Assembly: GCF_006345805.1 (NCBI RefSeq)
Contig: NC_042998.1
Span: forward strand, 41,292,001 to 41,356,000
From: Octopus sinensis
Taxonomy: Eukaryota
DNA: 64,000 nt
Reading direction: 5' to 3'
In this document: piece after piece, positions 1 through 13,931 of the stretch
Numbering within the stretch: the stretch's first letter is position 1
How the letters are laid out: every line of letters starts with the position of its first letter
The notes under the pieces: generated by a model
The model's database searches: none
Seen by the model: the letters and a program-made list of their open reading frames with translations, nothing else
Told to the model about the DNA's origin: nothing
Position numbers and translations under genes: made by a program

Positions 1-811
1 TGGTTGCAGGCATGGCCATGTTGTTAGGTTCATATCACTTCACATTCATATGGTTCAGAATTCAGTTCCCCTGTATAGCACTACACCTGAGGTAAATTTC
101 TCTTACTGTAAGCTTCAGATGTGATCCAAATTTTGTGAAATCGAAAGAATATGGCCACCCATTGGATAGTATCTTATTCTTCGGTGGTAAACCTAATACC
201 TCACTCAGTTTAATACTACCATCTTGCTTTTGGGTTCCTTGAGAGATTGAAGTCCTCTCTGTTGCCAGCATTCACATCAGGTCTCCAGTTTGAAGATAAC
301 TTGATTCCTTGCTTAAATAAGTATTATTTTGCTCTCCCATACCTTATGAATAGCAGGGCAAAAAGTGCAACAGTACCACTACTCCTCTAAAGTCAGCGTT
401 TTATGAAACTACTCTTCAGACTAAAACAGAAAATGAGCTCCTGAATACAATTGGCTCATTCATCTCATACATATGAGCACAAATGTACAGAACCTTGTCT
501 ATGGGTTCTTCCTTGCTTCCTTCTGTATTGTCTATAGGTTCTTGAGAGGTTTGGCAAATGTTATGATTCTATATTTCTTCCTCTGAGGCTAAACCACATA
601 AAAAAATACAAGACTTGGGTTCTTCACACTGAATAACTTGAGAGCAATGTTTGTTGCATTTTACTGACATTGAAATACATGTGCATGATGATTCCATGTT
701 GCCTTTGTCCAGTCTCAGCACTTTGCTCATTGTCTTTTTGAGGTTAAATAAATATACTGAGGTTTCCAATTCCCATTTACATTGTGGAGCCAATTTAGAT
801 AATCTCCAAGA

Positions 812-1017
812 TGGAGAGCAGGCAGAAACGTTAGCATGCCTGGCAAAAGGCTTAGTGATATTTCGTCTGTCTTTACATTCTGAGTTCAAATTCCACTGAG
901 GTCTACTTTGCCTTTCATCCTTTCAGGGTCAATAAATTAAGTACCAGTTGCATACTGGGGTCGATCTAATTGACTGCCCCCTCCCCAAAAATTTTGGGCC
1001 TTGAGTAGAAAAGAATT
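812..1017 (+). mobile_element. tRNA-type SINE, family A (central domain resembling Meta/Sauria-type SINEs)
   Basis: A-box-like ggcagaaacgttagc, B-box gagttcaaattcc, core gactttgcctttcatcctttc(g/a)gggtc(g/a)ataaa shared with at least five other copies in the window. Confidence 0.85.
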
Positions 1018-1029
1018 TAGATGATCTCC

Positions 1030-1500
1030 TTTTGCTTTCAATTTGTGACCTACATTTCAGTTATTCGTCGGTAGATCTTAATTTACATTGTGGTTCTACA
1101 TAGTTTTGCTTAAATTTACATGCTTTGATTACCCAGAGAACCTTTTTGTTTCTGTCATAAATGTAATGTATGGTTGAGACTAATTGTAGGTACATTAGTA
1201 TCTCATGTTATGCACATATATACACACCTAGTTTGGTTTTGTAATTACCACAATGTTTTGGTGTGTTTGCAATAACCTCTCCATTCATAATGGTGACTTG
1301 TGAGTCATTAGTTTTAATTTTGGTTTAATATCAAATTATTTTTGTGTTGATTTAAAGACCTCTAGTTTTCTGGTGTCATATTTTCTACTTTCTGATTACC
1401 TCTTAATTGCGAAACATCCTTTCTAATAATTCCTCTTTTTTGACGATGGGGTCATTAATTAAAGATAATTAAGTATGGATTTATTTAGGATATTTCTTTA
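1030..1500 (-). mobile_element. Heavily decayed non-LTR retrotransposon 3' region, possibly RLE-type (R4/Dong/NeSL-like)
   Basis: Minus strand yields VIANT(P)NIVVITK-like text with a frameshift, resembling the ANRPDIVV motif of restriction-like endonuclease domains. Many stops. Confidence 0.4.
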
Positions 1501-2762
1501 ATTGCTTTTTGTGTCCTTTTGCATCAGCCATGCACATAGATGTGTGTGTACATGTTTACATATAAATTTATAAAATGTAAATTGCAAATAACAACAATGT
1601 CTTTTGTATAAATATTAATAAGAATATATTTATAAAACTACTCTTCAGAAAATGAGCTCCTGAATACAATTGGCTCATTCATCTCATACATATGAGCACA
1701 AATGTACAGAAAGAAAGTATTTCCGAGTGAGTGAAAAATAAAACTAGTCATAATTAATTAGTGATGGAACCTCTTAAATTTAAGAAAATGAAATGCAAGC
1801 ATTTATGTATTGGATATTTTGAGGGAAAAATTTACTGGTTTCTAGAAACCAGTCATTTCATATTTTATTCAAACTGTTCATTGGTTGATGTTAATTTTGT
1901 GGTTTCTTTTTATTATTAGCCATTTAAAGTGGCTTTAAATATTCTGAATGAGATTTGGTTCACAATAATTTGATGATGATTTTGTTGAAGTAACTTTTTA
2001 CTTCCTTTGATATATAAGATAGAGGATTATCTCACTAAACTTTATTAGTCTTATTTACTGACAATTATTGCATAATGTAATGTGCTTAAAGAATTTAAAG
2101 TTTATTCAATAATTTAATAGTATGCATTAAAATCATTGAAATAAAAAAACAACTCTATAAATTTAAATTAAGAACATTTTTGCACTCCTCAGAAGACAAT
2201 TCAAATTTAGGTTCATCTGACCATGTAGCCTTGTTCCAGTCAATTGTCTTATTTCAGTGCAGTCTTTTCTATTTATCTTTTGATGTCAAATAGTTTATGT
2301 TGTATTGTAATAGTTAATCAATTAATTGGCTCTAAACAAATACTGACATCTTTTTTTTTATTTTATCAGATACATCAAAATTCTTTAGGCTATCTTTTTC
2401 ATGTTTGTTTTCTTCTTTCATAATGAATTGTTCCTTTTCTCCTGAGTATTTAAGAAATCTTGGTGTTACTTTGGCATTTCTCTATTTCTAATTGATTTTC
2501 CCAATTTTCTGAAAGCTATAATCATACTTTTGATTTCATCTCTGATTTGATAACTGGTTCTTTGTACTACTTTTTTGTTATAAGAATTATTGAATAATGA
2601 ATTAACAGCTGCCTTGTTTTTGTAATGGTGGGATTGGGAGCTGATCATTTTTGAATGCTGCAGAAATTTTGAATATATTCAAAAGGATTCTAGAATTTAT
2701 TATTACTGTTAAGATTTAAAAAGGAATTATGCACACAATTCTAAAACGTAGACCTTAGACCT

Positions 2763-2979
2763 TTAACCTTTTTGTTACTGTATTTATTTTGAGATGCTCT
2801 CTGTTTCTTTCGATTACTTTAAATATAACTAAGAATTTAGTAAAATAACTTAGTTATCATTCAGCTAGTGTTAGGAACATAAATTGTGACTAATGTTTGG
2901 TGGAAGATTTTAATTCAAAACTTATGAGTACATTTGTACTCAGAGCCAGTTTCTGCCAGATTAGTAACAGAAGGGTTAA
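2763..2979 (-). mobile_element. piggyBac-type MITE (TTAA...TTAA, CC(C)TT/AAGGG ends), inverted relative to the copy at 6952
   Basis: ttaaccttttt...aagggttaa termini. Internal sequence is the reverse complement of 6952-7174. Confidence 0.8.
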
Positions 2980-3884
2980 ATGATAAAATCTAAATGAGCC
3001 TCTTCTGTAAATTACATCTATTTTGGTGACTATTTTTAGTTATATTTGTTTAGATGGATAAAGTATGACTAGAAAACATGTGCAAATGCTATATTGTTCA
3101 GTATTTTTTTTTTAATATATTCAGTCTATATTAATTTATATAGCTATATAATAATAACCCTTTAATTTAGAGAGAAAATATTAGATCTAGAACCAAGAAA
3201 TTGTTGCCATTAATTATCTTCAAGCATTAAGTGCATGCTGTAAAAGAAGTCATTGATAAACAGCTTTTGCTTCATTTAAACTGTTTCGGTTATAGGGCCT
3301 TATCATTTGAGTGAATATGTTGAAATTATTTGTTTTAAGTATGATTGAATTTTGTGCTCAAAATCTCATATCTCATTGATTGTTTTCATTTTTTGGTTCA
3401 GAAATATTTGTAACTTATTTATCTATTTTTTCTTTCTTTTCTTTGTTTTTTTCCTTTTTACCACACTTAGAATTGTTAACAATATACAAATTATTGATTT
3501 TGAAGTTACAAAACAAAAATCAAATTCATTGACTGAGATCAACAATGAATTTGATTTTTACTTACCTTTGCTTTTTATCTGTTTAAAATGTCTCATAACT
3601 GAAAGAACATTATAGGATAGGTGTTTTAAATATTGATTCTGACAAAAATGTGGTTGTTAGAAAAAATATTTCTACCTATTTAATCTTTATTGAATCATAC
3701 TTTCTTACTTATAGACCAATCTGCTATTATTGAATTCTAACTCGATGCTGTATTTTATTACAAGAAATTTTGTCTGTAACTATAATTTTGCTTTATGTTT
3801 TTAAGACTTAGGAAAGAAAGGAGATCCATTGCTATTTCAGGCTACTGATAGATATTAGGTTAATAGGAGTATGTTCAGTTTGAA

Positions 3885-4109
3885 CTTTTGGCAGAAACGT
3901 TAGCGCACTGGGCGAAATGCTTAGCGGTATTTCATCTGTCGTTACGTTCTGAGTTCAAATTCTGCCGAGGTCAACTTTGCCTTTCATCCTTTCGGGGTCG
4001 ATAAATAAAGTACCCGTTTCGCACTGGGGTCAATGTAATCGACTTAATCCCTTTGTCTGTCCTTGTTTGTCCCCTCTATGTTTAGTCCCTTGTGGGAAGT
4101 AAAGAAATA
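3885..4109 (+). mobile_element. SINE family A, near full length and CpG-rich (young)
   Basis: A box, B box gagttcaaattc, core domain and tail gtcccctctatgtttag...gtaaagaaat. Confidence 0.9.
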
Positions 4110-6951
4110 TATTAGTACTTGGAAGAGAAATAGTGACCAGAAAGGAGATCCAGGAATACAGATCTAGGGCTTATCAATTGAGCTGTGTGATACTTGTGGA
4201 GGTTTAGTAAAGTAGATAAGATATAAAAGGGGCATCAAGGGTAGGAAGACACATTTTGAGAGACAGGCCATCAAAATAGTAGTCAAAAAGATATTGGAGG
4301 ACATAATTTGATAGTTCATTCTGTTTCTCTTTCTCTCTCTCTCTCTCTCAATCACTCATCCATACATGTAGATACGTTTGTCTTGAGTGAACAGTCTCTT
4401 TTTTGAATCAAGAAAATAATTGAAAATATTTATTTTTAAGTCTACTTAAATAGTCACAATCTATTAAGAGTTTTAAAGTATTTAATTTGTGAAGATGTTT
4501 CTCATAAAATATGACATAACAAGTTTAACTCACATCAGTTATAAAACAAAAGAAAAAAAATCATAACATTCAGAATACCTTTATAGTATACCAGACATTA
4601 TTATATTTTATATCTTTTATCTAAATGTTTTGTTTATACTAATAATTTTATTTGATGAATATCATAAAATATTTAAGAAGTGTTTTCAAATAAATTAAAG
4701 ATTTTCTATTATTGTATTTCGTATTTATCACAAAATTACAAAATTTGTTTTCAATGAGATTCTCAGTAATTAATTTCTTCTGAAGTTAGTGTGAAGTTTA
4801 AACTGAGGGAAGTAACTACATTTCTTTCAATGTTTATATTTTAATATCCAATATGAGATCTCTACATTTCATACATTTTTGCAAACACAAATGATGTTAA
4901 TTGTTCATTCACATAACTCTTTGTATCAGTTTAAAACTATATTATTATTATTAAACTGCCAGATCTAAAAATTTAGTGAGCAACTACATTTTGCATTTTT
5001 GTGTTTCCTAGCTAATATACCTAGAACACTTTTTAATTTTGTGAACTAGGGCATATGCTTGCAGTTGTAGCAATTAGATTGACAGCTGAATAGTTATGGT
5101 AATTGGTATATTGACAGGACCTGAACACTTGAGTAAATATATTAATTTTCTGGGTTTTTTTTTTAATTATGATTGAATTTTACTCTTCTTGTTAATGATT
5201 TGTCTGCTGAGTAAAAAGAAAAAGTTGTGTGCTTTGCCTAAGGACATATCACAATAGTTATACTAAATTTTGGATTTTACCTTGAGATCAGTCGTTGAAC
5301 TTCTTATCTTTTCAGCCACTCTTCAGCTATTATTTCTATAAGCCAGCTTGGAAACCTTTATGTGGTCACTCAACCAGCAAGAAATAACAGCTATATTTCT
5401 GTCAAATTACATTTTATCTGAAAAAAGTAAAGACATGTTAGATAGTGTGATCCTAGATATACTCTGAAGATAAAGCAGGTTATTGGTGGATGAAATGCTT
5501 TTAACTAGATGTTTCCTTGATCAGGGTTAATGTAGAGTTAAATGGGAACATTATAATCCCTTAGAATTGTATACTCAATATGATTCAAGATTCTTTATTT
5601 GTTTAAAGAAAAGATCAATACTGTTAAAATGATATTAAAGAATCTACATCTACAATTATCTCAAAATAAGAATATAATAAATCAAAGTATTAATTATAAT
5701 CATTATAAATTGGACCCATTGTTTTATTAAAATGCCATCAATCTGTCTGTATTACTGAGATGAGAAATTATCAGTATTATATATTGGACTAGTGTCCTCA
5801 TCTTAATGGTTATAGTCAAATTTAAGCTATTGTAATCTTTGACCTCTTTCAGTTGCATGTCATATATAGTAACATTGTCAAAATTTCAAGCCAAACCCTT
5901 TGTTCAACCTACTGAGGTAGAATGTCACCTTCCTGTTATTCACAGCAGATATCTTCATATTAGTTATCCTTGTACTTGTAGCGCCACTTGCTTAATCCGT
6001 TTAAACCAAAGTATCCATCTAATAAACTAGAACACTTGAAATTCAGTCATTTCTTATGTATTATGTTGTCTTGTAAAACAATTAGATAATGAAAATCAGG
6101 CTTAGAGATTTGGTGTTGTTGATTAAAGGTTCCCTTATTGTGTTTATCTCTATGCTAGGCCTACTGAAGAGGTTATCACAGCCAGCATAATGCATTGATT
6201 CTTTCAACCATCTTATCTGTCAGTATTGTTCCTTATCACTTATTGTAACTTTATTCCACAAGCATAACTCCCTTTTTCTTCCACAGTGATCAGCTATATC
6301 TAATTTCTATGTCACCTCACAAATTACAACTTCACTTTAATCTTAAACCTTATTCTTTGAGGGTTACTTTCACTTTTATATTCCTTTTTACAACTGCATA
6401 GCATTATTGATTTCTTTTCATTGAAGCTTTGTTCAGAAGAGATGGTTCATGAAAGGTAGACCTATATTGGATGTTTATTTCATTTCATCTCATTTCATTA
6501 CTGTCCTGATGTATGCACAGCATATCAGAATTTTTTTTCTGACGTACATGTCTCTGAATGGTAGACAGATTATTTCACTTTTTTTTTCTTTTTTCTATTT
6601 TGTTATTTAACTAATATTCTCCACCTTTATATCACTGTTCTTGGAAGTTGGTGCTATGCTTGCAGAGTAATCACTACATTACTCTAATGGGTCTTTCTCA
6701 TCTTGATCATGTTTTGTTGACATATGCCTGGGTGGCTTCTCATCACAGTTGCTTGCTGTTTATTGCATCCCATAGACAGTCCCTTTCCTCATGTGAATCA
6801 TGGAAGTGAAAGGTCTAGTAGTGTCTGGTGAATGTAGACATACAACATACAGTTGTCATGAATCTATACTCTGTATGTTATTAACTTCTTCAGGAAAGCC
6901 AGCTTATTGTATTTTGTTTTTCTTCTGTTGTGAAGTATATTGAAAATCTTA

Positions 6952-7174
6952 TTAACCCTTTCATTACCAACCCAACTGAAACCGGCTCTGGGTACAAATG
7001 TCTTGTTTTCATAAGTTTTGAATTAAAATCTTCCACCAAACCTTAGTCACAATTTATGTTCCTAACACTAGCTGAATGATAACTAAGTTATTTTACTAAA
7101 TTCTTTGTTATATTTAAAATCAATTGAAAGAAACACTGAGCATTTCAACAGAAATATGGTAACAAAAGGGTTAA
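6952..7174 (+). mobile_element. piggyBac-type MITE with TTAA target duplication
   Basis: TTAA|CCCTTTCATTACCA ... TGGTAACAAAAGGG|TTAA; terminal inverted repeat 12/14. Confidence 0.85.
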
Positions 7175-8606
7175 GTTCATTTTGTCCAGCTGCACTTCTT
7201 TCTGTTGAGACCTGTGTATGAAAGTATCACATCCATAACTCAGCCATACAATCGACTTTAATGGTGTCTTTTATAAAATTATTTCCCCAAAGTATTCTAG
7301 GTATATGTTTACCTTTACTAGAGACAAAGGCAAAGCTGTAGCTAAGCCTTTCAAGTTCAGCCCATTGTGCAGCTCCTTGGGCTAGTGTCTTCTATAGCCC
7401 CAAGCTAATCAAAGCTTTATCAGTCATTTTATAAACAGATACTGAAAGAATGTGTGTGCGCTGTGTATGTTTACACTTTAAGAAAGTTGCAAGCTAGAAG
7501 AGATATTGTTGTTGTCATTCACACTGTCAATAAATTATTCACCCACTTCGTGCCTTCAAAGACATGTGAAATATGATATCTCCTACTTGGAAAATAACTA
7601 TGAGTTGATCACAGGAAGAATATCAGATTGTAAAACTGTGCATCAGTAATATATTCATATAATCATACTAGCATGAGGAAATGGATGTAAAAACAAAGAA
7701 TCTATGTTGAAGAATATATAAATTTCTCTTGAAAGTTATGATAAAGTGGGGGCATTTCTCTGTGGATGAAAACATACATTTTACTATTGACTTCTGTCAA
7801 GAAATTAGAAAATTTCTCAGCAATCCATATATTTCCGCTTAATGGTAAATATAGCAGGAGTTACTTCCCTTTAATTGTAGCTTCCCAGATTATATATATA
7901 TCTATTCTTGTAAACAAAATATTGCATGTTCAGTTTTTCTCTTTTCATTTTTCAGTATAAATTCCAGAAATTTATGGATATTTTCTCTGCATTTAAAACA
8001 AATATATCTACAGATAACTTTCTTTCTATTCTTTCATTGAATATCCCTTCAGATATATTTCCTATCTTAATAAGGAACATCAACACATGATTAAATACAG
8101 TCTCATTTTGTTTCTATTTTGTTTTTATTAATAATTAATGATATTAAATTGTACTTATCTTTATAGCAATACAAGTAGCTAATATGATTACCTTTCTGGT
8201 TCATTGGAAGAGGAAGTTACATTTTAGCGCAACTAGTCATGCCTAACTTTTTGCAGTTACTGGGAAGCTATACAAATAACTTTTTACAGTTACTGGAATT
8301 ATTTTCAAGATAATATTTGATGTATATTAAAAATAGCATAATTTATATGAATGTAAAATATAAAAATATTGCAAGTGTTAATTTTCTAAGAAAAACAATG
8401 CATGATATTTTTTTTATTGTATTTGTATGTAATTGTACATGTTACACATCCAAAAATACACAAGTACAAATATTGTCTTTGAATTCAAAATTCTTAACCT
8501 GTTTACCATAAAGATAATTAGAGATGACTGATTGAAGTGAATGCTGCCTATAATACTATTTAATCATTATTCTAACTTTTTATTATTATTTTTTTTCACT
8601 CCCCAG

Positions 8607-8779
8607 ATTGTAAAAGAGTCTCTTGATTGCATTCAGAAAAACATTCAAGATGCTGATACTCAAAAATTGTATATGTTAACTGAAAGTGGTGATGATGAAA
8701 GTAAGGACATTATGGCCATTTCAGATCGGCTCCAGTGTCAGTGGAAAAATGTCAATGAAGCTTATTCCAAACGCTACAA
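8607..8779 (+). CDS. Dys: Dystrophin exon equivalent to human exon 43 (173 nt, phase 0 to 2): IVKESLDCIQKNIQD...LQCQWKNVNEAYSKRY(K)
   Basis: Polypyrimidine tract plus ccccag acceptor, AA|gtaagt donor. QWKNVNEAYSKR resembles human QWEKVNKMYKDR. Confidence 0.92.
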
Positions 8780-8821
8780 GTAAGTCCCTTTTATTCTTTG
8801 CAACAAAGTTATTGGGCCCTT

Positions 8822-9200
8822 TTATCTTTATTGTTACTTGTTTCAGTCATTGGACTGAAACCGAGCTGTGGCACCACCATGAAGAGTCTTAGTCAAATAA
8901 ATCAACCTCAGTACTTAATTTTTTAAAGCCTGGTACTTACTCCATCAGTCTCTTTTGCCAAACAGCCAAGTTACAGGAATGTAAACAAACACACAGCCAA
9001 CACTAATTGTCAAGCAGTGGTGGTGGACAAACACTAAGACACACACACACATAATTGGCTACTTTCAGTTTCCATCTACCAAATTCACTCACAAGGATTT
9101 GGTCATCCCAGGGTTACAAAAACACTTGCCCAAGGTGCAATGGAACTAAACTTGAGCTCCTACCCCCAACCTTTCAGTTACTTTGCTACTTATGCAGGTA
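8822..9200 (-). mobile_element. tRNA-type SINE, family B (CORE-like ccttgggcaagt domain)
   Basis: Reverse complement of the 28245-28630 copy: acttgcccaaggtg, tttcagtttccatctaccaaattcactcacaagg, cttgtttcagtcatt. Starts about 40 nt after the exon donor. Confidence 0.85.
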
Positions 9201-9698
9201 TGTAATTTTAAAAATATTTTCATGTTTTTTGTCTTTTTTATACTAACCTAGTTTTAGGAATTAATATCTAATTTATTTTTATCCTGTCACACTGCAAGGG
9301 CCTTATAATTTGAAGAGTAATATTTGTAATAAGAGATATTACTTGTTGCTGCAGGGTACTCTATGTTATAGGGAAGGAAGCTATATTTTAATTTCAGGTT
9401 CTCTGGCATAACGGTGCTATTCATATTTAGGTTACTTTTGGTAAATTTAAAACAAATTAATTGATTTTGGATTATAGTTCTGCAGATACAATAAACTACA
9501 AGCATTCTTTACTTTATGGAAGACTTGTGTTCCTGAAAATCTTGGTGTAATGTGAAACTTATTTATTTTTCCATTGACATTCATGCTTCATGGAAGTCAT
9601 TGAAGAGAGGAAAACATGCTTCACATTCCAGAACATCATGCTAATATACAATTTTCGAAAACACAAATTTCCATAATGCAGAGCATGCTTGTATTTAA

Positions 9699-9711
9699 AC
9701 ACACACACACA

Positions 9712-9752
<41 letters not shown>
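9699..9752. repeat. (CA)n(CT)n microsatellite
   Basis: Seen directly. Confidence 0.95.
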
Positions 9753-9756
<4 letters not shown>

Positions 9757-10659
9757 TTGAACATTTGAAACAATATATTATAGTTTGTATTAATCATACA
9801 AAAATTATTGTTTTCTCTTTAAATTTTCTCAGAAAGAAGAAACGTTCACTAAACTTAATGTAATTAAATTTAATATTAATCATTTGAAATCTATGTGAAA
9901 CTCGGCTATCTAGTCATTATTATAACTTATTCTTTTACTCAGTTGGAGGTTAATGATAGTCTTTTCAAACATTTAATATTCATTTTGCTGTTGGAAAGGA
10001 GATAAAGCAGCAGAGCCAAAATGAAATGACACCACCGCATTTCATGAAAGAAATAAAGGAAAAATACATCAATCCTCTGCCATCTGTTACTGTTGCACTA
10101 ATCTATATTTTAATTGTTTACAGTAGAGGCGTATTCTGAATCAGTGCTCCTCTCCTCATTTGTGGTTCATTTTTCCCTACTTTATTACTGTTAACACAGT
10201 TGGTGCTTCAACAGCTTCTCAGCATGTGTTTACCTTGCTGTTTTTAATGTCACAAGCTCATTAGTCAGCATTCACCTTCCTCATGTTGTTTCTCAGAAAT
10301 TTTATATTAATATTTTATGTCAAATCTTGACATAAATAAAATGAAGCAGCAATCTTTAAAATCCTTAGATTTTTCATCCCTCCACTTAAAATGATTGTTC
10401 TGCCTTATTGCAGATGTTTCAAAAAAAAAAAAAAAAAAACCCAGCTCCAATACTCATTAGAAGACTCACTTTTATTTCACAGATTTCTATCAACTGCATC
10501 ACAGTTACTTATTATTCTCTGATGTATAATAAAATTGTTTTCTCACCATAACTTTATTAGAATATAAATGTTATTAATACAGCTAAGTATAAAACATATG
10601 ACAGCTTTATTATATATTTTGATTTTTTATGTCTAATCTACACTCTATCACTACATTTG

Positions 10660-12900
10660 AAGTATTTCTGTATCGTCATCACTTTACATCTGTTTTCCCA
10701 TGTGACACAGGTTGGATTGATTTGTTCTAGTAAAGCGTCTTGCCACTTTCCATGGTCTTTCATCATTTATGATCTTCCTCTGCCACATAGTCCTTCACTT
10801 ATATTGTTCAAGGATTTTTCACCAAACTGTTATCCTTAATAGACCTCAAATATCTGTACTAACACACTCTTCTTGCTTGCATTATGGCTGATTCTTCTGA
10901 TAATCTGTTTTTCTCTCAGCTAATCTATGCTCCATTGTTCACATGTATACTAAGTGTACACCTCCAGTGGAGCTTGCTTACCTCCTTTCTTTACACATCC
11001 TTTTTATTCAATGCCTATTTTTCCATTACCATACAGTATTGTCACTTTGTACACAAGAAGTATACAATCTGAGAAAGCTTGTGTTGTCTCCCGAAGTAAT
11101 AACTCCTTGAACTTTTCCCACCTCATTCTCACTCTGACTATTATGCATTTACCACAAACTCCTCTACTGTTGATTAGGCTACCTAGTTAATAGAAGCTAT
11201 GAATTACTTCTAGTAAATGGTTGAAAGATTTCATTTTTGGTGTTTCTTTTACATATGAAGTCCTACTCTGTCAATCTGCTTGTAATTCATTCTAATGCAT
11301 ATAATGAAAACTTAGTACCCATAGTTTGCATTATATACAGTATAGAATTCCTACTTACTCTATTTCTGCAATTAAGCATTACCACTTTCCAGTAGGTAGT
11401 AGAGTTCTGTTTTTTTTTTTCCTGCTAGCTAAGCTAAAACTTTTATCTTTCGTAGGTTGTTGTTGTTTTTTGGTTTTTTTTTTGTTTTTTTCTCACACCT
11501 CTCAGTTACAGGCCCTGCTCTCATGTTTAGAACTTTTCTAATTCTTCAGCTGATTCAGCTATGAGAACTAGATTGTCACAATGATCCCCATGGATAGTTA
11601 TGAATTCTTTTTATACAGCCTAGAGAATTATGATAACCAAGATGGGATTGAGAACTGCGACTTAATGGACATCTTGCATTCTAAGTATCTCTAGGTCATT
11701 TAATGTTAGTTATTGTGGTTTATTCTCAGCTAAAAACTTCTGTACTTGACTCACTAAGAAATGGTTACATGCCATGGCATAAACTCAAACTGCTTCTCAT
11801 TCAATACATTCTCTCTCTAGTTTTCATGACTTGATCCATCAATTTAATATCTTTGTACTTTCTCTTTTTTATCTTTGCCAATGTAGCAACTGAACATAAT
11901 ACTGTAATGTCAGTTACAGGGGATAAAACTTCACTGCACTATACCAAGACAGGTATACAACACCCTTAGGTACTACATCATCAATCTAAACTTGCTATCC
12001 TTCTCACTTGGTCCAGATGAGCATTATGCAACACATTGTCACAGAAACAACTGAAACACTGATAGCCCTCACTAGCTCCAAACACTACTGGGGTACAGAC
12101 CACTAACAATAAGGGCAAAGAAACAGTCCACCATACTCGCAAGTCTTTTCTGTACAGGCATACAGAAATAAACTTGAAAATGGAAATTAATACAATCAGA
12201 GACAGTAAAATAGATCTGTGAGTTGTATTTCGTCCTTGTTTCCATGTGTGACCACAAACCAACAGAACTGGTGTCCTTAATGGTCATTTTCACTATATCG
12301 TAGTTACTATATCTAGGTGGTCTCTCTGTTGGATCTATATGGATAGTATCTTTTTTTCTTTTATATTCTCTACATTCAACAACTCATAGTAAGCATTCCC
12401 AGGCCTCTTTCTTGTCAGCATCAGTGAGGGTAAGTTTACACCTACAATATTACATACAGTTTTCCTAGTTCATACTGACCCACTGCCTCACTACTTGGAA
12501 CTCCTGTTCTTTTGATTTTCAATTTTCAGGATGTTGGCAAACTTTTTATGTTCATTTTCTCTCCCTGCTAAGCATACTAGCGCATACCTACCCAATGCTG
12601 TTCCTTTTCTTCTACCGCCTTTCTTCCATTCTTTCTAGACCTACCTTTTAGCCTTTATGGCTTTGACTACCTTGTTCTAAACTTTTAGTTGAAACCTGGC
12701 TCACCCACAGCCCTGGTATCTTTGCAGAAGATTGTCACATAGCAAAACCTAGCTGTCATAGTTCTCACTTTCATCGCTTATTGCCAGAGGCATATTTTGT
12801 GCTTCTTGAAAGTTATATACAATGAAGGCATCATTCAGATTCCAAACCTTACTTTTCTAAGTTTGTCTTCTGTCTCTGAAGCTCTTATCCTGAAGTCATT
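10660..12900 (-). mobile_element. Decayed RTE-clade LINE (RT region and 3' part); boundaries approximate
   Basis: Minus strand gives Y(K)DIKLMDQVMK, QFEFMP and QVQKFLAENKP remnants of RTE RT, followed by a 3' region similar to 37641-38100. Confidence 0.65.
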
Positions 12901-13571
12901 GATTGCTTGTCTCTGTTGAGTTTTACAATCTTCTCTGGACAACATATTTACTTTTATTTTGTTCCTCAGCTTCCCTTACAGTAAAACAGTTCTCTGATAA
13001 ATTGTCCATGCATATATATGTCTACACGCAATGTTGATACAAATAGACAAGACACTGACTCATTGACAGTGGCCACACTAACTGCAGAAAATGCTCATCT
13101 CTCAGTACAGAATCCATTGGTCATGATGGAATTATAGTTATTCTTATCTCTAGTGATGGCTCAGGTCCTAACAAGCAAATTTCTTACCTTCCACCAACAT
13201 CTATTCCATAGTAAGAAAGTATGCATAATACATTTAATATCAAAAACAAAATAAAGTGGCACACATCTCAAATTCATTATAGTGATGAGCACATAAGAAA
13301 CAAGTTAACCATATCTACATGTGTAGTCTTCATTTTCAGTTATCAGTGGGTTGTAAAAATTAGAAATGCTAACTGAATGTTACATTTAACCAGCCATTTT
13401 TCTCTGCATACCATAGATCTGCTTAAATAGAGAGCATGGGAATTACCAACAAAATTTCAAGATGACTGTCTAAATGCAAAGTTATTGCTTTGGACACTTG
13501 TGAAGTTATCACTGAAATTTAGGATGCAAATCTTAATTTTATGCCCCTATAGTACGGAAATATAATTAATT

Positions 13572-13931
13572 ACGTTAGCCCCGTGCTAGTAGGGTATTAG
13601 GAGCACCATACGAGCGTAATCGTTGCCAGAGCGGCTATCTGGCCTCCGTACCGGTGGCAAATAAAAGACACCATTCGAGCGTGATCGTTACCAGCACCAC
13701 CTTACTGGCACCTGTGCAAGATTCGAGCGAGGTCATTGCCAGTACTGCCTGACTGGCACGTTAAAGCACCCACTACACTCTCGGAGTGGTTGGCGTTAGG
13801 AAGGGCATCAAGCTGTAGAAACTCTTCCAGATCAAGATTGAAGCCTGGTGCAACCATTTGGTTCGCCAGCCTTCAGTCATTCATCCAACCCATGCTAGCA
13901 TGGAAAGTGGACGTTAAACGATGATGATGAA
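13572..13931 (+). mobile_element. 3' UTR fragment of RTE LINE (5'-truncated, CpG-rich, with internal ~50-60 bp sub-repeats)
   Basis: gcacccactacactctcggagtggttggcgttaggaagggcatc...ccaacccatgctagcatggaaagtggacgttaaacgatgatgatga, the same tail that follows RT-coding sequence at 38100-38522. Confidence 0.85.

Larger units (their letters stand above)
427..1711 (+). repeat. Identical 66-bp direct repeat (427-492 and 1646-1711), with a further ~15 bp shared just upstream
   Basis: cagaaaatgagctcctgaatacaattggctcattcatctcatacatatgagcacaaatgtacagaa occurs twice without mismatch. aaactactcttcaga precedes both. Confidence 0.95.

Noticed and set aside
1-8606. Search for the exon-42 equivalent
   Set aside because: No AG-GT bounded phase-0 segment with convincing similarity was found by eye. 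It probably lies upstream of the window, though I could have missed it.
13572-13800. Short internal repeats separated by variable sequence, superficially CRISPR-like
   Set aside because: Degenerate sub-repeats of a retrotransposon 3' UTR in a eukaryotic intron. No constant repeat-spacer period and no cas genes.
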